Below, piece after piece: positions 28,372 through 37,779 of a stretch of 64,000 nucleotides of DNA. Origin of the DNA: an uncultured bacterium (GTDB taxonomy: Bacteria; Eisenbacteria; RBG-16-71-46; CAIMUX01; WJJG01). The stretch covers positions 67,913 to 131,912 of the forward strand of contig CAYZWI010000004.1 of NCBI GenBank assembly GCA_964482205.1. Reading direction: 5' to 3'. Under the pieces are notes generated by a model. That model saw only the letters and a list, made by a program, of their open reading frames with translations. It was not told the DNA's origin and ran no database searches. The position numbers and the translations under genes were made by a program. Positions within the stretch are counted from its first letter, which is position 1; the number at the start of each line of letters is the position of its first letter.

Positions 28372-31300
28372 ATGCGAATCATCTGGATGTTGTGGTTGTC
28401 GCTCATCGCCGCGGCGTTCGCGCATCCGGTGTCCCTCGAGGCCCAGGAGGCGGGCGCCCCAAGACCTTCATTGCAGGATGCGAGTGTGCCGACACTCTAT
28501 CTCGTCGCTACGGCCCACCTCGATACCCAATGGCGCTGGACGATTCAGGATGTCATCCGGGATTACATCCCGGCGACGCTGAATGAGAATTTCGCCCTCT
28601 TCGAACAGTATCCCGATTATGTCTTCAGCTTCGAGCGCGCCTTCCGCTATCAGCTCATCAAGGAGTACTACCCCGATCTCTACGAACGCATGAAGGAGTA
28701 CATCGCCGCCGGGCGATGGAAGGTCTCCGGAAGCTGGATGGACGCGGTCGACGTGAACATTCCCGCGCCAGAGTCGCTCATCCGTCATGCGCTCTACGGC
28801 AACGGTTTCTTTCGGCGCGAATTCGGCGCCACCAGCCGTGATGTCTTCCTGCCCGACTGCTTCGGCTTCGGTTACAGCCTGCCCGCCGTGGCGGCGCATT
28901 GCGGGCTGCTCGGCTTCTCAACGCAGAAGCTCGAGTGGGGCTCGGCGGTCGGGATCCCCTTCGATGTCGGATTGTGGGAAGGCGTCGATGGATCGCGTCT
29001 GATCGCGATGCTGAACCCCGGCAGTTATGTGAGCCAGATCGAGGCCGACCTGAGCGCGGATACGACATGGGCGGGCAAGATCGCGCGCCAATACCGGCGT
29101 TCGGGATTCGCGGTCGGGCAGAAGTTCTACGGCACCGGCGATCAGGGCGGCTCGCCCAACGAATCCTCCGTCGCGTGGATGCAAAAGAGCCTGCGGGGAC
29201 CGGGCCCTGTGCGCGTGCGCCCGGCGTCGTCCGATCAGCTCGCGCGTGATTTGAGCGCGTTGCTGAAGACCGAGCTGCCCACGGGGCTGCGCCCGGATGT
29301 GGACCTCGGCGCGCTCGCGAATCTGCCCAAGTATCGCGGCGAACTGCTGCTCACCGATCACGGTTCAGGCTGCTACACCTCGCAATCAGCCATGAAGCGC
29401 TGGAATCGCAAGAACGAATGCCTCGCGGACGCGGCCGAGCACGCCGCGGTCGCGGCGCACTGGCTGCGCGGCGCGTCCTATCCGCAGCAGACCCTGAACG
29501 ACGCCTGGACGCGCTTCCTCTGGCATCAATTCCACGACGATCTCACCGGAACGAGCATCCCCCAGGCTTATCTCTTCTCGTGGAACGACGAGGCGATCGC
29601 GGCGAACCAGTTCTCGGAAGTGATGCGCAACAGCGTGGGCGCGGTGAGCCGCGCGCTCGACACCAACACGCGCACCGGCGAGCCGCTGATCGTCTACAAT
29701 CCGCTCGCCATCGAGCGCGAGGACCTGGTGGAAGCGAAGGTGCGCTTCGCGCAGGGCAGCCCGCGGGCCGTGCGCGTCTTCGACGCTGACGATCGCGAAG
29801 TTCCGGCGCAGTCCTCCCCACTTCCCGACGGACGCACCTCGGTCGTCTTCCTCGCGCGCGTTCCCTCGATGGGATTCGCGCTCTACGAGATGCGCCCCGC
29901 CCTCGGACCGGAGCGCGGCGAAAGCGAGCTCAGCGCGGGATCGGCGAGCCTCGAGAACGCCCGCTATCGCGTGCAGCTCGATCAACACGGCGACATCCTC
30001 TCGGTCTTCGACAAGCGGATCGAAAAGGAGCTGCTCTCCGCGCCCATCCGTTTGCAGATGATCGCCGACCGGCCGACCGAATGGGCCGCGTGGGAGATCG
30101 ATTACGACGATCTCATGGCGCAGCCGCGTCCCGTCGGCGGGGAAGGCGCGCGCATGACGCTAGTGGAAGGTGGTCCGGCCCGCGTGACCTTGGAAGTTCG
30201 TCGCGAGGCCGAAGGCTCGACCTTCGTGCAGCGCATTTCGCTCGCGGCCGGCAACGCGGGCGACGCGGTCGTCGTCGAGAACGACATCGACTGGCGCACG
30301 CCGGCGACCCTGCTCAAAGCCGCCTTCCCGCTTACGGCGAGCAACGCCATGGCGACCTACGATCTCCGTCTCGGCACGATCGAGCGCCCGCGCAACACGC
30401 CGAAGCTCTATGAAGTGCCCGCGCAGCAATGGGCCGACATCACGAATGCCGACGGCAACTATGGCGCGGCGATTCTCAACGATTGCCGCTACGGATGGGA
30501 CCACCCCGAAGACAACACCCTGCGCCTCACGCTCCTTCGCACGCCCGAAGTGAACGAGCGCTGGAATTGGATTCGCGACCAGGAGCGCCAGGACTTCGGC
30601 CGCCATCGTCTGGCGTACGCGATCTACGGGCACGCCGGAGATTGGCGGGAAGGCGAAGTGGCGTGGCGGGCGGAACGCATGAATCAGCCGCTCCAGGCGT
30701 TTCAGGTTCCGCGTCATCGCGGCTGGCTGGGGAAGAGCTTCTCGATGCTCGACATCTCCACCGGCGGCGCGCAAGCAGCCGGACAGCCTTCGCTTCCCAC
30801 CGTCGCGGTGCGCGCGCTCAAGCTGGCCGAAGACGGCGACGAGATCGTCGTCCGCTTGCAGGAAATCGCGGGGCGCGGCGTCGAGGATTGCGCCGTCCGC
30901 TTCCCCGTTCCGCTCGCGATCGTGCGCGAAGTGAACGGCGCGGAAGAGCCGATGGAGACAAGCAGCGAGAAGGGCTCGGTGGCCGGGCCGGTGTGGCTCG
31001 CCGGCGGCGCGCTGCACTGCGCACTGAAGCCGTATCAGCTGCGTTCCTTCGCGCTGCGCACCACCGCCGCGGCGAAGACGCTCGAACCGCCCGTGAGCGA
31101 GCCGGTCGCGCTGCCGTACAACCTCGATGCGATCAGCGATCAGGACGATCCGACCGATGGAGATTTCGACGGCGCGGGCCACACGCTGGTTGCGGAATTG
31201 CTCCCGCCGGTCGTGTATTCGAACAGCGTCGCCTTCAAGCTCGGGCCACGCGCGCGCGGGTGGGCGAATGCCGTCGCGTGCCAGGGCCAGCGGATCGCGT

Positions 31301-32430
31301 TGCCGGCGGGAGCCTTCGACCGGTTGTGCCTGCTCGCCGCCAGCGTGGAAGGCGATCGCTACGGCCGCTTCGGCATCGAGCCCGCCTATGCGGACAACTA
31401 TGAAATGCAGCTCTGGATCCAGGATTGGGCGGAGCCGGTGGGCCAGTGGGACAATCGCGTGCTCCTCGGCCGCGTGCACGAGCATCCCGACTCGATCGCG
31501 CCCGCGTACACGAAGCCGGCCGCGGTCGCCTGGGTGGGCTCGCATCGCCACGACGCCGTGGGCAGCAAGATGCCGTACGAACAGAGCTATCTCTTCCGCT
31601 ACGGAATCGATCTGCCCCACGAGACGCGCAGCATCGTCTTGCCCAACGATCCGAGCATCCGGATTCTCGCGATCACGGCGGTGCGCAATGCGAACGACAT
31701 CGCCGCCGCGGCGACCTCGCTGATCGAGGAGCCCGTCTCCACTTCGGTTGCGATCCGCGCGCCGTTGCTCACCTTCTTCGGCGAAACGCGGGTGGCGCTC
31801 AGCACGCCCATTCCCGGCGCGCAGATTCGCTACACGCTCGATGGCACCACTCCCGGCCCCGATTCGCCGCTGTATGCGGGACCGATCGCGTTGACCCAGA
31901 CGACCACCGTGAACGCACGCGCGTTCGCGACGGGATTGCGCGACGACTACGTCGCCTCCGCGCGCTTCACGCGGCAGGAAGCGCGCGCTTCCGTTTCCGC
32001 GGCCGGGCTTCGTCCGGGGCTCAAGATGCGCCGGTATGAAGGCGAGTGGTCGAAACTGCCCGCGTTCTTCACGCTCACTCCGCAATCGGAGCAGATCGCG
32101 GAGACGCTGGGCCTGCCGGGAGCGGGCGGTGAGGAGTACTTCGGGCTCGCCTTCGATGGATTCCTGCGCGTGCCGCGCGCAGGGCTCTACACGCTGTATC
32201 TCACCTCCGACGACGGCAGCGCCTTGACCTTGGGAAGCGAGAAGCTGATCGACAACGACGGCCTGCACAGCCGCCTCGTCGAGAGCGCGCATGTGGCCCT
32301 GCAGGCCGGCGTGCATCCGATTCGGGTGGAGTACTTCCAGGCGCAGGGCGGAGCGACTTTGTCTCTCGAATGGGAGGGCCCGGGCATCGCGCGCCAGCCC
32401 GTTCCGCCATCCGCCTGGTCGCATCGTTAG
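28372..32430 (+). CDS. Secreted GH38 alpha-mannosidase with C-terminal CHB_HEX_C and PA14 domains
   Basis: Start at MRIIWMLWLSLIAAAFA (signal peptide) with an aGGAaaaGGGG RBS. LVATAHLDTQWRW GH38 N-terminal motif. Near the C-terminus, IRYTLDGTTPGPDSPLYAGPIAL matches chitobiase/hexosaminidase C-terminal, and GLYTLYLTSDDGSALTLG..HPIRVEYFQ matches PA14. Confidence 0.85.
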   Translation: MRIIWMLWLSLIAAAFAHPVSLEAQEAGAPRPSLQDASVPTLYLVATAHLDTQWRWTIQDVIRDYIPATLNENFALFEQYPDYVFSFERAFRYQLIKEYYPDLYERMKEYIAAGRWKVSGSWMDAVDVNIPAPESLIRHALYGNGFFRREFGATSRDVFLPDCFGFGYSLPAVAAHCGLLGFSTQKLEWGSAVGIPFDVGLWEGVDGSRLIAMLNPGSYVSQIEADLSADTTWAGKIARQYRRSGFAVGQKFYGTGDQGGSPNESSVAWMQKSLRGPGPVRVRPASSDQLARDLSALLKTELPTGLRPDVDLGALANLPKYRGELLLTDHGSGCYTSQSAMKRWNRKNECLADAAEHAAVAAHWLRGASYPQQTLNDAWTRFLWHQFHDDLTGTSIPQAYLFSWNDEAIAANQFSEVMRNSVGAVSRALDTNTRTGEPLIVYNPLAIEREDLVEAKVRFAQGSPRAVRVFDADDREVPAQSSPLPDGRTSVVFLARVPSMGFALYEMRPALGPERGESELSAGSASLENARYRVQLDQHGDILSVFDKRIEKELLSAPIRLQMIADRPTEWAAWEIDYDDLMAQPRPVGGEGARMTLVEGGPARVTLEVRREAEGSTFVQRISLAAGNAGDAVVVENDIDWRTPATLLKAAFPLTASNAMATYDLRLGTIERPRNTPKLYEVPAQQWADITNADGNYGAAILNDCRYGWDHPEDNTLRLTLLRTPEVNERWNWIRDQERQDFGRHRLAYAIYGHAGDWREGEVAWRAERMNQPLQAFQVPRHRGWLGKSFSMLDISTGGAQAAGQPSLPTVAVRALKLAEDGDEIVVRLQEIAGRGVEDCAVRFPVPLAIVREVNGAEEPMETSSEKGSVAGPVWLAGGALHCALKPYQLRSFALRTTAAAKTLEPPVSEPVALPYNLDAISDQDDPTDGDFDGAGHTLVAELLPPVVYSNSVAFKLGPRARGWANAVACQGQRIALPAGAFDRLCLLAASVEGDRYGRFGIEPAYADNYEMQLWIQDWAEPVGQWDNRVLLGRVHEHPDSIAPAYTKPAAVAWVGSHRHDAVGSKMPYEQSYLFRYGIDLPHETRSIVLPNDPSIRILAITAVRNANDIAAAATSLIEEPVSTSVAIRAPLLTFFGETRVALSTPIPGAQIRYTLDGTTPGPDSPLYAGPIALTQTTTVNARAFATGLRDDYVASARFTRQEARASVSAAGLRPGLKMRRYEGEWSKLPAFFTLTPQSEQIAETLGLPGAGGEEYFGLAFDGFLRVPRAGLYTLYLTSDDGSALTLGSEKLIDNDGLHSRLVESAHVALQAGVHPIRVEYFQAQGGATLSLEWEGPGIARQPVPPSAWSHR

Positions 32431-32535
32431 GGAGCGCGGTTCGTCGCGAGTTACGCATTCAAGCCGGCATTGGGCGGACGGTGCCGCGCGATGCGGTGCC
32501 GGCTTGAAGAGCTTCTTCCGATCCTACATCGCGTT

Positions 32536-32800
32536 TTACCTGAATAGCGCCTTCAATGCGCCCCAGGTCGTCTCCTGTGCCGGCGATCCCCCGCAGCCGA
32601 CGGGCAGAGCCCCGATCAGCCCACAGTCGGGATTGTATTCGGGTGCGCAGGGGGAACCCTGCTCGAGCCGGAAGTCCCCAGACTCACCGGCGCAGAAGAG
32701 CGGATCGGCCGAGATGTTGCCGTTCACCCCGTACTGGTCCGCGATGTCGCCCACCCAGTCGCCGCCTGAATTGCCGTAGATGTCGCTACAGGACAGAATT
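32536..32800. repeat. Roughly 250 bp DNA segment duplicated at 34030-34300 (the 3' ends of the two beta-helix paralogues)
   Basis: Antisense translations of both copies share HRRRRADRPRCCRS. The protein C-termini are near-identical. Confidence 0.65.
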
Positions 32801-33882
32801 GCATATCCCTGGACCGCGGCTGCACCAAGGTTGAAGGCCAGTACGGTGTTTCTGAATGCCGCGCTGCCGCTCCTGCAATCCACTACTGACCCAGTCGCAC
32901 CGGCGTCGTTGGACGCGATTGTGCAGTTCGAGAATTCAAGGGCACTGGAAGCAAGGCAGTAGCCAACCGGGCCTGATTGATCCACCGTGTTGCCATAGAA
33001 CAGGCAATCGGTGATCACGGGATAGAACTCCAGGTCGCTGAAAACGGCCGCCCCGTTCGCGGCGTGATTATTCCGGAAGGTGCAGTTTGAGATGCTGGCG
33101 GTCGATACGATCCCTCTGATCGCCGGCCCGTCGTTCTCGAAGAACAAGCACGTCGCGATTGTGGCCGGTCCAGATCCGCAGCCAATGCCGAAGGAAGGGT
33201 GTTCGGAAAAGCTACAGTCTTCCAGTTCCGGCATGCAATCCGTCTGCCATGAAACGCCTCCTGGCAGATTCCCAATGAAGTTACATCCGACGAGGCGAGG
33301 AGAAGCGTAGAAATAGCAGTAGATGCCGGCGCCGACATCGGACCCGATCGACTCGTTTCTCACGAAGACGCAATCGGTGAAGGTTGGTTGGCAAGGACGG
33401 TAACATAGCGCCCCTGCCCCCGTCCTGGCCGAATTCTCGGTCAGCACGCAATTCACAATGCTGGGAGAGGCACTCCTACAATAGATTCCCCCTCCGTCTC
33501 CGTCCGGGAACGTGCCCCCCGAAATGTAAGCATTCCTCACCGTAACGCCCCGAAGAACCGAGGATGGCGTCTCCTGAGAGGAGAAGATGAAGCCCCGATG
33601 CCGGTCGCTCGCACTGGCCTGGCAGTCGATAATGCAGTCCGTGGGGGAGTCGCCCTGCGATTGTACGATGATGCCCTTCCCAGCAAAGGTGATGTCCCGG
33701 TTTCCGGGCCCCATGAAGATGCCGTCCCCCAAGAGGACGATATCCCCGCTGGCCGCCGCGTCTATGGCCGCCTGCACGGTCGGGAAGTCTCCCGTTCCGT
33801 CCGGCAAAACCAGGTATGTATCTCCAAGTGCGCAGATGGAGCCAACCAGCGCCAATGCGAGACAGATGATTATGTTTCGCAT
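32536..33882 (-). CDS. Secreted Cys-rich right-handed parallel beta-helix repeat protein with a conserved Cys-rich C-terminal tail ending in TTWGALKALFR
   Basis: Signal peptide MRNIIICLALALVGSICALG. Repeated NxxxxN/G-rich beta-helix coils (VRNAYISGG.., LTENSARTG.., FVRNESIGS.., FRNNHAANG..). Confidence 0.7.
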   Translation of the reverse strand: MRNIIICLALALVGSICALGDTYLVLPDGTGDFPTVQAAIDAAASGDIVLLGDGIFMGPGNRDITFAGKGIIVQSQGDSPTDCIIDCQASASDRHRGFIFSSQETPSSVLRGVTVRNAYISGGTFPDGDGGGIYCRSASPSIVNCVLTENSARTGAGALCYRPCQPTFTDCVFVRNESIGSDVGAGIYCYFYASPRLVGCNFIGNLPGGVSWQTDCMPELEDCSFSEHPSFGIGCGSGPATIATCLFFENDGPAIRGIVSTASISNCTFRNNHAANGAAVFSDLEFYPVITDCLFYGNTVDQSGPVGYCLASSALEFSNCTIASNDAGATGSVVDCRSGSAAFRNTVLAFNLGAAAVQGYAILSCSDIYGNSGGDWVGDIADQYGVNGNISADPLFCAGESGDFRLEQGSPCAPEYNPDCGLIGALPVGCGGSPAQETTWGALKALFR

Positions 33883-34029
33883 GGTCTGCCTCCTTGGTCT
33901 TCAGACGGCGTAGCCCGCGGCCACTCCCCCGCCATCCCGATGACCTCTCGGTGACCGAGGGGTCGTCGGTGCTCCTGGCATCGAAACCTTCCCAGCGCAC
34001 ACGGACGCGGCGTCACCGTCCACGCGATT

Positions 34030-35211
34030 CTACTTCCCGTCCCCCCGAAACAGCGCCTTCATCGCACCCCAGGTCGTCTCCTGTGCCGGCGACGAGCCGC
34101 AGCCGACGGGCAGCGCCCCAATCAGGCCGCAGGCGGGATTGAAGTCCGGTGCGCAGGGCGAGTCCTGTTCGAGGTGAAGATCTCCACCCGTGCCATCGCA
34201 GAAGAGCGGATCGGCCGAGATGTTGCCGTTCACGCCAAGCAGGCCGTCCAAGCATCCGACCCAGTCCCCGTCGTCATTGCCGTAGAGATCGCAGCACACA
34301 AGCACCGGGGTGGACTGGGCATCGCACGAGATCGCCACGGCTTCCGAAGCGAATGCGATGATGGAGTTGGAGATTAAAGGATTCGCTGGCGTGCCGCACG
34401 CATAGGAACACAGAAGATCAGCATTTGAAGCGTGATTGTTGACGAATGTACAGCTCTCGATGATCGGAGAACATCCGGTGATCATCATGCTGCCCCCGCC
34501 TCGTGCCGAATTCCCTGAAAAGAGGCAACCGCGGAACTCAGCGCCTCGCCCCTGGCGGACGGAAGCCTCAATGGACTCCAGCAAGACAGCCCCGCCAAAT
34601 CGCGATGCCGAATTGTCGATGAACATGCAATCCTCGAAGCTCGGACTGTTGGAGGCATTCGTGGTGAAGGCTCCGCCGTCCGTCGCCCGGTTCTCGATGA
34701 ACCGACAGCGGACAAAAGTCGAACTGGCGCCGTCACCGACCGCACCTCCGGCGGCTGCCGAATTGGACTGGAACACGCAATCCCTCACCGTAATCCCGGT
34801 GGGTCCCCAAGTGATGCTTAGACCCCCCGCTTCCCCCATTGTGACGCGGCCCCTCGCAATCGTGATCCCCTCGATCACCGTTCCAAAGACCGGCAATACC
34901 GCGATCCCTGGAGCGCTCTCCTCGCAATCGATCACGCACTGATCCGGATCCCCGCTCTGCGACCGGATGGTGATCCGGCGAGCTGGAACCTCGACGCCTC
35001 TGTTGCCCGGCCCAACGAATACTCCCGCCGTCAGCTCGACGACATCACCAGCAACCGAGGCATCGACTGCATCCTGGATCGTGGGGAAATCGCCCGTGCC
35101 GTCCGGGCGGACGAGATACACTGTTCCAAAGGCGGGAATCGAACAGCAACACGCAAGCGCGATTGCCAGCACCGTCGCGCTGCAGTTCCGTATCGATGAT
35201 CCTGCCTGCAT
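34030..35211 (-). CDS. Secreted Cys-rich parallel beta-helix repeat protein, a tandem paralogue of the upstream gene, with C-terminal ..ETTWGAMKALFRGDGK
   Basis: Both the N-terminal region (YLVRPDGTGDFPTIQDAVDA) and the C-terminal 85 aa are about 70% identical to the 32536-33882 protein. Start at MQAGSS. Confidence 0.7.
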   Translation of the reverse strand: MQAGSSIRNCSATVLAIALACCCSIPAFGTVYLVRPDGTGDFPTIQDAVDASVAGDVVELTAGVFVGPGNRGVEVPARRITIRSQSGDPDQCVIDCEESAPGIAVLPVFGTVIEGITIARGRVTMGEAGGLSITWGPTGITVRDCVFQSNSAAAGGAVGDGASSTFVRCRFIENRATDGGAFTTNASNSPSFEDCMFIDNSASRFGGAVLLESIEASVRQGRGAEFRGCLFSGNSARGGGSMMITGCSPIIESCTFVNNHASNADLLCSYACGTPANPLISNSIIAFASEAVAISCDAQSTPVLVCCDLYGNDDGDWVGCLDGLLGVNGNISADPLFCDGTGGDLHLEQDSPCAPDFNPACGLIGALPVGCGSSPAQETTWGAMKALFRGDGK

Positions 35212-35343
35212 GGTTTTGTTCCCCTGTTGACCATCCGATGGGGTCATTCGGGCGCCTGTCATCATATTATCATAGCGCGATGCCGCATCCAATCAGGTCG
35301 CCGCACGAGCAGGTGCTGATGGAGGCTGCCAGACCACCTCGGC

Positions 35344-36159
35344 TCACTTGATCAGCACGAGAACCGCGAAGTCGGCCGTGTACATCCGCGTCTTCCGGCG
35401 AAATCGCGCGGGCGGAAGCTGGCGCATGAGAAGCGGCGCGGTCAAGGGAACCAGCGGCTGAAGGAAGATCCGGCGAATCCACCAGGGGATCCGCGCATTT
35501 CCGAAGACGAGATTGTGGGCGTTAAAGCCCGGCTCGCCGAAATACTCGGCGCTTTCCAACCGGAGTCCCGAGGGCTCGATCAACCGTTCGCGAAGATTCT
35601 TCTCCGAATAGTATCGCATGTAGAAGCGCGCCTCGTCCGGGCGTCCGTCCACGTAGGTGCGCGTACGCGTGTACTTCGGCTCGTCGCGCCATGGGTCGAA
35701 CGGGACCGAGATCACCATGCGGCCGCCGGGAGCAAGCACGCGAACCAGCTCGGCGAGAACGGGCCGCTCGTCGACGATGTGCTCGAGCACGCTGATAACT
35801 GAGATGCGGGTGAACTCGCCATCCGCGAAGGGCAGGCGCGCGGCGTCGGCGACGGTAAAATCCAGCTGCCCTTCCTTCATCAACCGGCGCGCCCAGGGAA
35901 CCTTGTTCGCCATGCGCAACTGGCGATCCCGAAAGTCGGGTTCCGGATCGACCGCGCGCACGGAGCACCCAAACCGCTTCGCGAGCACTTGAGCGAGCGG
36001 AGAATACCGCGTGCCCACATCGAGCAGGCGATCGCCCGGCCCGAGGGCGAGACGATCCACGACCGCCGGATACTCCAACCAACGGCCATAGGGAATCCCT
36101 TTGGAAAACTCGACCAGCCCTTGTTTCCAAAGGAATTTGTAGTACTCGCAATGCAGCAC
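35344..36159 (-). CDS. Class I SAM-dependent methyltransferase
   Basis: [30 protein letters not shown] and [12 protein letters not shown] (Methyltransf_11-like). Confidence 0.75.
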   Translation of the reverse strand: MLHCEYYKFLWKQGLVEFSKGIPYGRWLEYPAVVDRLALGPGDRLLDVGTRYSPLAQVLAKRFGCSVRAVDPEPDFRDRQLRMANKVPWARRLMKEGQLDFTVADAARLPFADGEFTRISVISVLEHIVDERPVLAELVRVLAPGGRMVISVPFDPWRDEPKYTRTRTYVDGRPDEARFYMRYYSEKNLRERLIEPSGLRLESAEYFGEPGFNAHNLVFGNARIPWWIRRIFLQPLVPLTAPLLMRQLPPARFRRKTRMYTADFAVLVLIK

Positions 36160-36330
36160 GCGCTTCCTCCCGTCGAAGGGACGCTCGTCACGGTACGCGG
36201 TTTTCTTCCGCGCGGCAATGCGCGGGGAGAGCCAAAGCTTCCTCGGCCCGGCCCGCCACCGCGACGCGCATCCGTTCCTCCCCGATTGATGGACATGCGC
36301 GCGCCTGGCATGGTATCAAGCGGAGGACAT

Positions 36331-36885
36331 ATGAAGGCTTTCGATCCGAAATCCGGCCCGTCGTCGCCCGAGGCGCCCGCGAATGCGCCGGGCGATCGCG
36401 ATGCGAGCGCTTCGCAGGCGCCCGAGGCTTCACGCCCCCTCAACCGGCTCGCGCGCGAGAAGAGCCCCTACTTGTTGCAGCACGCGGGCAATCCCGTCGA
36501 CTGGTACCCGTGGGGCGCTGAAGCGCTCGAGCGCGCTCCCGCAAATCACCTCGCCTTCGCCGCGGCGCTGGACTTCGCCCTCGGGCCCGTGAGCGAGATC
36601 ACGATCTCGGCGGGCGCCTCGAAACAAGGCATCGAAGGCGGCTCGGAAGCCTCGCCTTCCTCGGCCGCGGCTATGCTTCGCGCGGTCCGCGAGCGGTACC
36701 TTCCCAACATCGTGCTCGCCTGCCGGCCGGCGCATGGGAGCGAGCCGCTCGAACGGCTCATTCCCCACACGAAGGCGCAAGTTCCGCTTTCCGGGAAGTC
36801 GACCGCCTATGTGTGCAGGGGGTATGCTTGCCTCATGCCCGTTCACGATGTCGATGCGCTTGCCCGGCAGCTCGATGAGGAGTGA
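36331..36885 (+). CDS. DUF255/YyaL-family thioredoxin-domain protein remnant. The N-terminal about 30 aa is fused to the C-terminal about 100 aa, and the thioredoxin core is absent.
   Basis: [26 protein letters not shown] is the DUF255 N-terminal signature and is followed immediately by a C-terminal-like region (..[16 protein letters not shown]). The GGAGGA RBS is retained. Confidence 0.5.
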   Translation: MKAFDPKSGPSSPEAPANAPGDRDASASQAPEASRPLNRLAREKSPYLLQHAGNPVDWYPWGAEALERAPANHLAFAAALDFALGPVSEITISAGASKQGIEGGSEASPSSAAAMLRAVRERYLPNIVLACRPAHGSEPLERLIPHTKAQVPLSGKSTAYVCRGYACLMPVHDVDALARQLDEE

Positions 36886-37642
36886 GTGGATTCGCGTGGC
36901 GCATGATCAGCAGAACGAATGGTATCGCACGGCCTTCGACGGCCTCTATCCGCTTCTCTATCCGCATCGCGACGACGCGCAGGCGGAAGCCGAAGCGTGC
37001 GGCTTGATGGATTTGCTGCGCCTTCCACGCGGCGCGCAGGTTCTCGATCTCGCTTGTGGAACGGCGCGCCACTGCCAGGCGCTCGCACAGCGCGGCATAT
37101 CCACCTGGGGGCTCGATCTCTCGCCCGCGCTTCTCTCGCTCGCGCGAAAGCGCGCCTGTCTCTCCGGACGCCTCGTTCAAGCCGACATGCGCCAGCTTCC
37201 CTTCCGGCGCTCGTTCGATGCCGTGCTCAGCCTCTTCACCAGCTTCGGCTACTTCTCGGAAGAGGAAGAGCACCTGCGCGTGCTGAAGGAAGTGGCGCGC
37301 GTCATCCAGCCCGGCGGGCTCTTCGTTCTGGATCACATTCACCGGCCGGCACTGGAGCGGACCTTGATTGCGCAGGATGAGCGGAAAGACCCCGACTTCG
37401 TCCTTCGCCAGGAACGCGCGCTCGCCGGCAATCGCGTGAAGAAGCGCGTGACGGTCGAGTGGAAAGACGGGCGCACGCGCTCGCTGGAAGAGAATGTGCG
37501 CATCTTCTCGCCCGCGGAATTGCGCGACCTGCTGCAAGCCGCGGGCTTTTGCGACACACGCTTGTTGGGATCGTTCCAGGGGGAGCCGCTCACGGAAACA
37601 TCCGCGCGGCTCATCGCGCTGGCCCGCATGCCAAGCGCCTGA
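36875..37642 (+). CDS. Class I SAM-dependent methyltransferase
   Basis: [25 protein letters not shown] and [11 protein letters not shown]. Confidence 0.75.
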   Translation: MRSEWIRVAHDQQNEWYRTAFDGLYPLLYPHRDDAQAEAEACGLMDLLRLPRGAQVLDLACGTARHCQALAQRGISTWGLDLSPALLSLARKRACLSGRLVQADMRQLPFRRSFDAVLSLFTSFGYFSEEEEHLRVLKEVARVIQPGGLFVLDHIHRPALERTLIAQDERKDPDFVLRQERALAGNRVKKRVTVEWKDGRTRSLEENVRIFSPAELRDLLQAAGFCDTRLLGSFQGEPLTETSARLIALARMPSA

Positions 37643-37779
37643 CGACTCGGCGCCCGAATCGAGATGGCGCGCGCGCCATTCGCTCCACTACAATCGTCGC
37701 GATCGTCGTGGGCGGTCGCGCTTGCACGGCGAAGCGGGCGGGCCGTCGTAGTTCTGTGCTTCCGTGAAGGCGAGACCTC

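Noticed and set aside
30160-32424. The 754 aa minus-strand ORF
   Set aside because: It is antisense to the GH38 mannosidase and has no recognisable domains.
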